From: Octopus vulgaris
Taxonomy: Eukaryota
Assembly: GCA_951406725.2 (NCBI GenBank)
Contig: OX597816.1
Coordinates: 93,806,001-93,870,000 of the forward strand
Reading direction: 5' to 3'
Length of the DNA stretch: 64,000 bases
Shown piece by piece: positions 53,255-64,000 of the stretch. The notes beneath the pieces were generated by a model that searched no databases, had not been told where the DNA came from, and saw only the letters and a list, made by a program, of their open reading frames with translations. How positions within the stretch are numbered: position 1 is the stretch's first letter; each line of letters begins with the position of its first letter. Made by a program: the position numbers and the translations under genes.

Positions 53255-53825
53255 TCAAGTTTTGGCACAATGCCAGCAATTTCTGGGCAGGGGTAAGTCG
53301 ATTACATCGACTCCAGTACTCAAGTCGTATTTATTTTATTGTACCGAAATTATGAAATGCAAAGTCGACCTCGGTGGAATTCGATCTCAGAACGTAAAGT
53401 CGGACGAAGTGCCGCTAAGCATTTTGTCCGATGTGCTAATGATTCTGCGACATCACTATTTTCATTATAAGTTTACATATATTAATGGTAGTTCCTCAAA
53501 TCCGAGCAAAGGCGGCTCTACAATTTCCTGGTGAATAACCTGCACATTTGGTTTGTTTATAACGATCAAATTTTCTCCATCAATTCCACGCTATACCACA
53601 CATTAGATGTTGAAGTGATCGCAGACCCCGAAAGGATGAAAGGCAAAGTCGACCTCGGCGGACTTTGAACTCAGAACGTAACGGCAGACGAAATACCGCT
53701 AAGCATTTCGCCCGGGGTGCAAACGGTTCTGCCAGCTCGTCGCCTTTAATGTAAATAAGTAATGCTTTTTACTGGAAGCACAATGTCTCAAATTTGGGGA
53801 AAGGGATTAAATCGATTACATCGAT
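53255..53825 (-). mobile_element. Cluster of three SINE pieces (Meta-like domain family)
   Basis: Copies at about 53255-53450, 53622-53745 and 53770-53825. Confidence 0.85.
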
Positions 53826-54456
53826 TAAAGATTAAAGATTAAATATTAAAGATTCGGATCTCCGATTTTAATAAATTCCCATAAAAAAAAAAAAAAATTT
53901 AATTCTCACATTTGATCCCTGAGATTGTAAAACAGATGGGCTGGTCATACCTGGGATGCCTTATATTATACGTCTTATTGATCAGAAATGACCTGAAAGA
54001 TCAAACTACAACAATAAACATCTTTATGTTATTCTTTCTGCCTACATCACTTCCTTCTCTCCCACTCTGTCTCTCACTCTCTCTCTCCCACTTTCTCTCT
54101 CTTTCTCTCTCTCTCTCTCTCTTAATTGTATGTTTATCTTCTTTAGGCAAAACAGTAGAAATAGCCAGCAGGTGTAGTAGTGAAAATGAGAGAGAGAGGG
54201 AGAATAAGAGAATAAAACAGGCAGTCAAAGCTAGAATGATACAGTTTTACTTTTATTTCCATAAGATCCTTTAATTAAATAAACAGAAACATAGTCCTTC
54301 CCCTACCACACCAGTTCACCGTTCTTTTCAGCTTTCGTGTTTTTTTATTCTAGGACACTTCTTTTCCTTATTATTTATTTTGCTCCGTCCCACTCTCTCC
54401 CTCTCTTCTCCGCCACTACGCGTGTATGTATGCAGGTTTTTCTTCTGTCATTCACA

Positions 54457-54496
<40 letters not shown>

Positions 54497-54611
54497 ATAT
54501 ATAAGTGTATGTATATATGTGTATGTGTATGCGCACGTAAATATAATATATATAATGCAAATGTATAAATCTGTATATATGTATCTCTCTCTCTTTCTTT
54601 CTGTCTCTTTC

Positions 54612-54681
<70 letters not shown>

Positions 54682-54746
54682 TATGTATATATACAATACA
54701 CATGCATATTATATTCGTATATTGAAACAAATAATGCGTATGTGCG

Positions 54747-54876
<130 letters not shown>

Positions 54877-55954
54877 GATGTCTATTTATTTATTTATCAA
54901 GCAGTCTATGAGTCGCAATATTCGCTTCCACAAATATTTTTTTAAAAGACGTCTTTGCTATTTTGTTACAATTTTTTTTTTTTTCAAATCAATTCTGTCA
55001 CTGCTTCTTTCACTTGATTTCCCTCTAACCTCACCTTGGTCTTATGTAAGGGTCAAAACATCCATATAACGTGTAGGTTGAAGGTAAATAGTTGTAACAA
55101 AGTCTTGCTCTTTGTGATCTGTTGTAAAGGTAGCATTACTGTATTCTTTATTTATTCCTTGGCCTACCTCAATATTTGTATCAGTAAAATGTTATAAAAG
55201 TCCCACGAGTTATTAACCCATTAACTTCCATGTGGTGATTTTATATCTAATATGGTTTTGTTTTGGTTGTTTTGCTTTTCGGTGTCCTTTCTTTTAAATT
55301 AAATTTCAGATTAACATTAGTATGATAGGCGTTAGCTCACACGGTTTGCTGTCCGTTTCACAGACAACACGTACTTGGTTTCTCTCCCCAATTAAGAGCT
55401 AGAAACCTCAGCCCCAAGGTAAAATCATACATAGCTATACAATATATAGCTATTTGTTTGTGTGTTTGTATGTTGAACGCTGAAAACACTAAATAAAATT
55501 GATAATATTTCAGGGTTTTTTTTTATGTCATTTAAATTAATTTGCCCATTTCGCAGATAACTGTGCACTTATTTCAGAAAACGAATTGTGGGCGGAGGGC
55601 GAGTTGGTCGTGTATTTGTTCCTATTTCTAGCAATCCACGTACTGTCTATTTCACCGTAATGCTTCTTACAGAGTGAAAACATACTCCATCTATCACTCA
55701 ATCTATCTCCAACTTTCTCTAAGTTTATACATTACATTTATTCCTTTGAAGTCGCCTCCGGACCTCTGCTCACTCTCTTTGTCTATATGTCCCTCTCTAT
55801 GTCTCTATATCTCTCACTATCTCCCTCTCCCTCTTTCTCTCTCTTTCTCTCACTCACTACCTCTACCTCTTTTTCTCTCTAGAGAAAAAATATGTGAGAC
55901 AGATACAAAGCGGATTAGGGAGAAAAAACAAATGAGACAGAATGAGGATGGAGG

Positions 55955-56649
55955 TAGCTACATCTATAAATCTATCGACAAAGTTGTCGACGAGGACGAT
56001 GTTGTTCATTATCCTGTCGAATTCCTCAATAGTCTGGTATGACGCCTTGAATTGAAGATGGGAACAGTCATCCTGCTTCTCAGAAACCTGGATCAGTCAA
56101 GATTGTGCAACGGTACAAATATGGTTGTGACTGAACTATAGCCTCACATTATCGAAACACGAATCCTCACTGGAGACTTTGTATTTATACCTAGACTACC
56201 ACTAGTACCAACAGATGTCACCTTTCGTTTCAAACGATTGCAAATCTCAGTGAGAGTCAGTTAGGTATTGACCATTAACAAGGCCCAAGGTCAAACAGTG
56301 CAGGTTGTCGGTCTCCATTTAGAAGAGGGATGTTTCTCATAGGGTTAATTCTATGTAGGTTGTTCCGAAGTAGGAAGCCCACAGAAATCATTCACATATG
56401 TTCCAAAGAAAAAGTATAAAACATTGTATGTACTAAAGTTCTCTAAAGGTTTTATAATTTTCGTACAATACATTTTTTTATTGCTATCTATATTGCTTTC
56501 TGCATTTAGATATTCTGAATAAATTTGTAAAATTATGTAATGCAACATGTAATTACTTTTAACAATTTTTATTGTAAGGAAAATGGGCACTACGATATGA
56601 ATTAATTTCAACACCGTACAGACCGGGTCAAAGGACGGAAGGCCCGCTA

Positions 56650-56650
<1 letters not shown>
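55955..56650 (+). mobile_element. Helitron 3' end (PIF1-like helicase remnant)
   Basis: YPVEFLNSL, LELKMG..ILLLRNLD..RLCNGT, FIPRLPL, TINKAQGQT, CFS*G*FYVGCS. Terminal GC-rich segment then CTAG|t at 56647-56650. Confidence 0.92.
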
Positions 56651-56743
<93 letters not shown>

Positions 56744-56781
56744 CTATTTTCTATTTTCCCTCCCTGTTTATTTCTGTGTTC

Positions 56782-56817
56782 CTTTATGTCGAAGAGCGTA
56801 GGTTCGAAACGTAAAAG
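56782..56817 (+). ncRNA. Degenerate minimal hammerhead in a TA-flanked element (about 56741-56905)
   Basis: CUUU-aUGuCGA-A-GAGC-guag-GUUC-GAA-ACGU-A-AAAG. Two core substitutions. Confidence 0.5.
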
Positions 56818-56904
56818 ACTTTCTCACTCCCCGAGCGTTAAACTAATACATCTGTTTGTTGTTTACACACTTGTCTCCGTGTTTTGTCTTTTTGTAAATT
56901 CTCG

Positions 56905-57015
<111 letters not shown>

Positions 57016-57029
57016 TATATATATATATT

Positions 57030-57092
<63 letters not shown>

Positions 57093-57614
57093 GCGGGGTG
57101 TATGCATGTATGCATGTATATTGCATACGTAACAATGTAAACCCATCCAAGTAACATACTTAATGTAAAAATACCCGGAAAAAACAAATAAACTGCCGTA
57201 TTCGTCCTCAGATAATATCTCTTATCGACTTGCAATGTTTACAAGCATAAACATATCAGTAACAGAAGAAATGTGTCTAGTGGCGGCGGTGAGAATGCTA
57301 GTTGCATGTTTTTGTCTCTTTGGTGTTAGTCAGTAACATGTGCTCACTGTCAATCATATGCTAAGACAAAATCGTCTGCTACCGAAATAGGAAAAAAATC
57401 ACTGATCGTTGATCTGATTAGTTGCCCGGCTGAACAGCAATCCGTTATATGCAACAGAAGCAGTATTAGGTTAAAATAGCCATCTGTGTATTATACTTAA
57501 TGCAAATTACATATAATTTAATCAGAATTTCGAACTCATGACTGTGTTCATGTACTTATAGCAATACTAGCCATACTTTTCAATAGTGTAGCTAATAATA
57601 ATACATATTAATAG

Positions 57615-57755
57615 GGCGGCGAGATGGGTGAATCATTAGCACGCCGGACAAAATGTTTAGCGGTATTTCGTCCTTTTTTTAGGCTCTGAATTCAAATACC
57701 ATGAGGCTGACTTTGTTTTTCATACTCTTGGAGTCTATGAAATATGTACCAGTCG
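57615..57755 (+). mobile_element. SINE 5' part (Meta-like domain family)
   Basis: ggcggcgagatgggtgaatcattagcacgccggacaaaatgtttagcggtatttcgtc. Confidence 0.8.
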
Positions 57756-58474
57756 GGATCTTTTCTGTTGTTGCTACAGTTTTATATTTCTTTAAATTTT
57801 GTTCCAATTGGTTTTAAATCTGGTGTACTGATCTAGTTTTGAATGCTAATTATGAAAAAAGTTAATAGAGTTTAAAGTTTGCAAATGTTTAGTAATTTTA
57901 ACCAATTAAAGGCTACAGACACATCGATGCCTGTTTCCGTAGTTACAAGCAAAGCTGTAATCTGCTTAAACCATATCAATGTGTATTTTCTATACCTGTG
58001 TATTTTCTTTGAAAAGTGCCTATTTTCTGACCCTCTGTACTTCACTCCTGTCATTCTCACCTGTCTTTTTTCTTTTTTTTTTTTCTTCCTTCTGAGAAAC
58101 GGATATTTTTGGTTGCCGTCCTGTCACTACATCATTTTCATAATTGTGAACCTTGTTTCCCCTGAAAATTTTCTGTGATAACGAGTCGTAAGTTTTCATT
58201 TTGTTCATTAAAAATTCGTCATCAAAATGTTTTGCTGCCATTTTATGATAGACAGCCATCGCACAAAAAAATTCCAGCTTCCAAATCTTGCTTTCTGACT
58301 GGGTAAAATTTATCAAACTTTAAACCCCTGTAAATTTTTTCTAAAATTTTTCGGGAACCAATAAATAGCAAAATCGGATTCAGCATTAAAAAATAATAAT
58401 TACCAATATGCCAAATTTGAAAATTTTCACTTAATTATAAAATTTCGAAATCTGCGACAGCGACAGAAAGGACT

Positions 58475-58720
58475 CACCAGTCGCATACTGGTGTCAGTGC
58501 AATCGACTTACCCTCTAGCTCCGAAATTGCTGGCCTTGTCCCAAAATTTGAAGCCAATATCAGATATTATTATGGAGGCGAGCTGGCCGCATTGTTACCG
58601 CGTCGGGAGAGTGCTTTACGTTCTGAGCTCAAATGCCACCGGGGGCGATTTTGCCTTTCATCCTTTCGAGTGTCGATAGAATAAAGTACAAGTTGAACAG
58701 CCTTGTATCAAAATTTGAAA
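58475..58720 (+). mobile_element. Two SINE fragments (Meta-like domain family)
   Basis: gcaatcgactt...gctggccttgt, then ggcgagctggc...ttttgcctttcatcctttcg. Confidence 0.75.
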
Positions 58721-58831
58721 CTAAAGTTAGTAAGTATTAATCAATAAAACGATAAGAAATACACCTGTCTGAGAATCAGTCAGAAAATCATATTATCGGC
58801 GAATATAGATATATACAAACGTAGATACTCT

Positions 58832-58862
<31 letters not shown>

Positions 58863-58966
58863 GGGTATAAACACGTTTACACAGACGCAGTAGCAAATAT
58901 AAATACGTATGTGTGTGTGTATATATATATATATATACATACATACATACAGGGAGACAGACAGGC

Positions 58967-59003
<37 letters not shown>

Positions 59004-59042
59004 CATAGGCAGGCAGGCAGGCAGACAGAGAGACTGACAAAC

Positions 59043-59114
<72 letters not shown>

Positions 59115-59116
<2 letters not shown>

Positions 59117-59385
59117 GTTTCTTTATTGGCCACACAGGGCTGCACACAGATGGGACAAGTTGCAAGGTAGAGCTTTTCTTTTGGGGGATGAAAAAGACAA
59201 AAAACAAAAGAAACAAAAAAAAGGTCGCGTAGGTTTTCGATCAAAAAGGATCGTAAAAGGGAAAAAGAAGAACAAAAAAAAATAATAAAAAAAATAAAAA
59301 ATAAAATAAAATAAATAAAAAAAAGAAGAAAAGGAAAAGGAACAGACAGAAAATATACAAAGAAAAACCAAGCGTAAGTATACAT
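59115..59385 (-). mobile_element. T-rich retroelement 3' UTR ending in AATAAA and (ATCT)n
   Basis: Minus strand ends ...gtggccaataaagaaacttatctatctatc. Confidence 0.45.
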
Positions 59386-59949
59386 CCATAGACTCTCTGC
59401 CTGTCCTAAATATATTATTAATAGATTGATTTAAAATATTTCAAACCAGATTTTAAGACTTTCAGCAAATGTTAAAATTTGTTAGGAAAATGCATTAAAA
59501 AAGAATGGGTTTAAAGAAAATATTTAATATATTCTCATTAGTATTATTATAAAATACAACTACTAATTGTTAAATTATCCACTGAATAATATAAGGGTAT
59601 ATTTGACGGAAACTCAATCAAACAGAGGGGTTTTAAAATTAAGAAAAAATTGCAATGATAAGAGTATAGTAATAAATTGAATAAATATAGATACTAACAA
59701 AAGTGGATCAATGAATTAAAATGTAATATTTAAAAATAGGGTATGTATAGCAGACACACCTGGAAATAGTTTTAGCATTGACTTTGAAGCCACGAGTAGA
59801 GCGTCTTCCTTTAATAATTGGGAGAATTATAGCAACAAATTAAAAAAGAATACCATCATTAGTAATATAGAACATAAATGAAAAAACTACTTCTGAATAT
59901 CCTAGCAAGGTTGAAAACAGTAAGATAATATAAATAGTATTATACCTTC

Positions 59950-61365
59950 AGTGCTGATATCAGAATGGAGTTCGGACTGAGAAAGTGTGGTGTGTTAGTC
60001 TTGAAGAGAGGCAAAATCAAATGTATGGTCGGGCTAACGATATCGTCGGGGGAGGTTATGAAGCAGATAGAAGAGACGGGCTATAAGTACTTGGGGATTT
60101 TGGAAATGGATAAATTGATGGAGAAAGAAATTACAGTAAAATTTAAGGCAGATTACTTGCACAGACTGAGACTGATCCTTAAGTCGAAATTAAACGGACG
60201 GAATAGCATTGAAGCTAGCATCACCTGGGCGGTTTCACTCCTTAGATATGGAACAGGGATAAATGCATGGAAAGTATATGAACTAAACAGCATAGACAAA
60301 AAGACAAGGAAGTTACCCAGTTACCCAGAAAGTAACACAAATTGTATGTAACAAGAAAAAGAGGAGGAGAAGACTTACTGGGTGTGAACAACATAGCATG
60401 GTATGTAAAAACTGCCACATAACCGCTATTATTAGAAGTAAAATGGTCAGGCGTGTGTAGTATGAAAGATTGCAAAGATAAAGAACTGTACAAGCAATTG
60501 AAAACGATTGAAACTGCTAACAAAGGTGGGTAAAGAAATGAATGCATGGTCAATTTCATATGGATGTTGAAGATAATTCAGACAGAGAAAAATATGGCTG
60601 TGGATGACTATAAGTGATCTAAAACCGGAAACGGAGGTTCTAATCTGTGCTGCCCAAGAACAAGCACTAACAACAAATTACATAAAATACAGAATAGACA
60701 ACACATCAGAAAGTGATAAGTGCAGAATCTGTGGACAAAACGGTGAAACCTTATGGTATATTACCAGCCAATGTACGCCACTAGCCCAGAAGGTTTATAA
60801 GAGACGCCACGACAATATAGTCAGGCTTGTCCATTGGATACTTTGTAACAAGTATGGACTTGACAGAGCCCAAAATTGGTACGACCACAAACCCGAAGGC
60901 ATCATCGAAAATATAAATGCAAAGATTCTATGGGATTTATGATTCTGTGCGACCATGAGATAGAGAATAGGAAGCCAGACATAGTCTTAATTGAGAAAGA
61001 AAACAAACTAGGCTGAATAATAGATATAGCATGCCTAGAAGACAACAGGGTATGCGAAGAGGAAGAAAGAAAAGTCGAGAGATATGACAGGTTATCTTGG
61101 GAGGTTAAGCAGTTGTGGTCGATGAAAAAGATAGTAGTAGTACCAATAATTGTCGGAGCTCTGGGAACAGTGAGCAAAAATTTCGAGATGTACATGAAAC
61201 AAATAGGGGCTGCAGTAAGGGTGGAGCACTTGCAGGAAACAGCACTGCTTGAACCGCTCGAATACTCCGGAAGGTGCTCGGAAAATAAGAGGTGTTACCT
61301 TAGTTCACAGGTAGTGAACAGCTGATACCGTAGTACATCTCCAGCGTTAGAAGCTGTGCAAAGTC
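59950..61365 (+). mobile_element. 5'-truncated Dong/R4 non-LTR retrotransposon
   Basis: MEFGLRKC, YKYLGI, KPETE..ICAAQEQAL, CRIC..ETL.YITSQC..LAQ..YKRRHD, KPDIV..IIDIA, VVPIIVGALG. Followed by (GAA)n/(TAA)n. Confidence 0.95.
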
Positions 61366-61464
61366 AAGAAGAAGAAGAAGAAGAAGAAGAAGAAGAAGAA
61401 GAAGAAGAAGAAGAAGAAGAAGAAGAAGAAGAAGAAGAATGATGAGGATAATAATAGTAATACG

Positions 61465-61547
<83 letters not shown>

Positions 61548-62924
61548 GTTCTACAATAGGCACAAGGCCTGAAATTTCTTGATTAAGAATAGTAAATTTC
61601 TGTGAAAATTTTTTTGTTAGAAATAATAGATTTGTACTCTACAAAAGTATAGAGTGACTCAGTAGATTAATGCAGAATTGTTTTTATTATAAATGAACCT
61701 TAAGGTAGCGAGCTGCCAGAGTATTAACTATACTAAACAGTAAAGCCAGTCGTCACATCAAAATGGCTGTTGAATGTTACTACTAGTTTAACCCCAGGCA
61801 GATTCTCCACCAGCTGGTTAGCAGTGCGAATACATATATGTATTCACACACATACACACACACATACACACACATAAATATACACACACACTCACACACA
61901 CACACGCATACACATATACACGCACACAAAGAAAACAAGAAAACATACAGATACATAGACATACATTTAAGAGATTAGCTTTTTGTTACCTGTTCTAAAG
62001 AAAAAAAACGTTTTAAAATAAAACTTTGAATAGTAACAAGGTAAATCAATTTCTAAGGAACTAATAAATAAACTTCACTGTACGTATTGAGTTTTATTTC
62101 TACAATTTTTACAACCAAACATATATTAGCTTATATTTTCTTTACATAAACTTTCAAAATTTTGTGGCTATATATTAGATACTGTTTCTTCTCGTTTAGA
62201 TGAAGTTGGGTGGAGAATAATCAACACAAAAGTACGCAAATAAGCAATAAAAAAATTGGTTAAGTCTCTCCTTGCCTTGATTGACTGTGTATTTGTAGAA
62301 GAGACCAGTTGGTTGACTAGTCTTTGTTTATCGAGCGTCTGTCTATTATTATTGGGCCTCCTTGTCTGCCCTGTTGTCATCATTGTTTGTATTTTCAATA
62401 GTGTTGGGCTGGTCTAAGGCGACTGTGGCTCCATGAATATTTCAGATTTTTCATGCTTTAGTCAAGCTGTCGCTAGCATTTTGCCCATTATTTCACACTG
62501 CAACACTTCACAGATACTTGTTGAATTTCTTTTATATTTTAGAAACAAAAAATGCATTTTCGTCTTTTAACATCAATTTACCCTGACAAATTGTACCATA
62601 GAGAAGAAGAAAGTTTTTTCTTTTTTCCTTTCCAGCTAACTCGGCAAGAATGTCTAGCCAACACTTTAACTGTAAAGCAAAGTAATAGGAGCACCGTCTT
62701 TGTTTATATTCAACTCTTCAAATATGTGTGTGTATGTGTGCGTGTGTACATACATACATACATACATACATACATACATACATACATACATACATACATA
62801 CATACATACATACATACATACATACATACATACCACATGCTTATTCCCAATTGATCTCTAAAAGTAGTTAACTTTTATTGAACAGAAGGAGTAAAATCTC
62901 TCAAATAACCCTCAATACCTTATT

Positions 62925-63060
62925 GGTTTCAAGTTTTGGCACAAAGCCAGCAATTTCAGGAAAGCGGATAAGTCGATTACATCAACCTCAGTATTCAACT
63001 GGTACTTATTTTATCGATCCCGAAAGGATGAAAGGCAAAGTCGATTTTGGTGCAATTTGA
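62925..63060 (-). mobile_element. SINE fragment (Meta-like domain family)
   Basis: actggtacttattttatcgatcccgaaaggatgaaaggcaaagtcga. Confidence 0.85.
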
Positions 63061-63699
63061 AACTGACTATATAATATTCTATCCAGTATTATTTCTAATT
63101 TTTTGTATCCTCAATTATTTTCTAACTACCATGCTGAAAATATTTTTTACTTCGACAATTTCAACAATATTGATTTCAGCATAGTTTAGCAGCAAGGTAA
63201 AAAGGTGTAAGAATTACATAGGTTGGATGTCAATTCCGGACTGAAGCGATATAGTTTCACCAAATTTTTATTTATTTTTTTTTTATCTTTTGATTAATGC
63301 ATGAAAACTTTGCCGGTCATTTATCTGAATGAAGAATAGAATGTTTACAGAGAATACTATTTGTTAATGATAAAGGGCAGAAAGATGACCGAAATCTTGA
63401 TAGACAAATACTCTTTTACGACATCATATTAATTCGTGGTTTAAGTCTTTCCATTGAAACTACGATTCAGAAACTGAGAAGCTAACATATAGTTTAGGTT
63501 TTGTCAGGTGTTCGTAAGATATTTTTCTGGATCCAAGATAATTTTTCTCCTATCAGTCACAGAAAATTGTAACGCAATTTTTTGTCACCAATATCGTACA
63601 GTTAAGTTGCCAATGTTTTTTTTTTTGCAAGCCTTTTTTAAAATAACGATAATAATAAACTACCTATGTCACTTCACATCCCACTAGGTAGCGATAGCA

Positions 63700-63815
63700 T
63701 CACTCCGACCACGTTTGTTCATGTTCTGCAGGAATACAAAAACAATCATCATGGTCGAACTCAGAATGCCCTTGAAGGACAGGCTCGATACTTACAACCA
63801 GCTAAAGAAAACCGA
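63700..63815 (+). mobile_element. HERO-like RLE fragment
   Basis: LRP..FMFCRNTKTIIMVELRMP..D......K resembles the RPD..VELTVP motif. Confidence 0.5.
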
Positions 63816-63817
63816 GT

Positions 63818-64000
63818 GGAGGCGCGTGGCTAAGTGTTTAGGGTGTCAGCATTATGATCGTAAGATTGTGGTTTTGACTCCTGGACCGGGCGACGAGTTG
63901 TGTTCTTGAGCAAAACACTTCATTTCACGTCGTTCCAGTCCACTTAGCTGGCAAAAATGAGTAACGCTGCGTTGGACTGGCGTCCCGTCCAGCTGGGGAA
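63818..64000 (+). mobile_element. CORE-type SINE with a V-like block, runs off the window
   Basis: ggaggcgcgtggctaagtg...gtgttcttgagcaaaacacttcatttcacg...ctgcgttggactggcgtcccgtccag. Confidence 0.85.

Overview
AT-rich, microsatellite-dense eukaryotic DNA. It is very probably a coleoid cephalopod (Octopus-like), inferred from the tRNA-derived SINE families and the (TA)n/(CA)n/(TAGA)n load. No intact long gene is present, and almost all ORFs in the track are microsatellite artefacts. The window is a graveyard of mobile elements: mariner, a hAT MITE, Helitrons, a Ty3/Gypsy RT-RNaseH, RTE, Dong/R4 and HERO-type non-LTR elements, a Penelope-like RT+GIY-YIG element, and many SINEs. There is a tentative minus-strand host gene (candidate exons near 43.1 kb, 11.9 kb and 0.3 kb). 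The main discovery is a set of short non-coding elements inserted in (TA)n tracts that carry hammerhead ribozyme (HHR) motifs. Some are ordinary type I or minimal Penelope-like HHRs. Two sequence-unrelated families (14613-14707 and 46011-46105 plus two truncated copies; and 39358-39480) appear to encode a hammerhead whose strands come in a non-canonical order matching none of types I, II or III. The predicted fold is a kink-turn hairpin whose loop pairs with both flanks. One truncated copy begins at the predicted cleavage site. All structures were derived by eye and are untested. TE coordinates are approximate.
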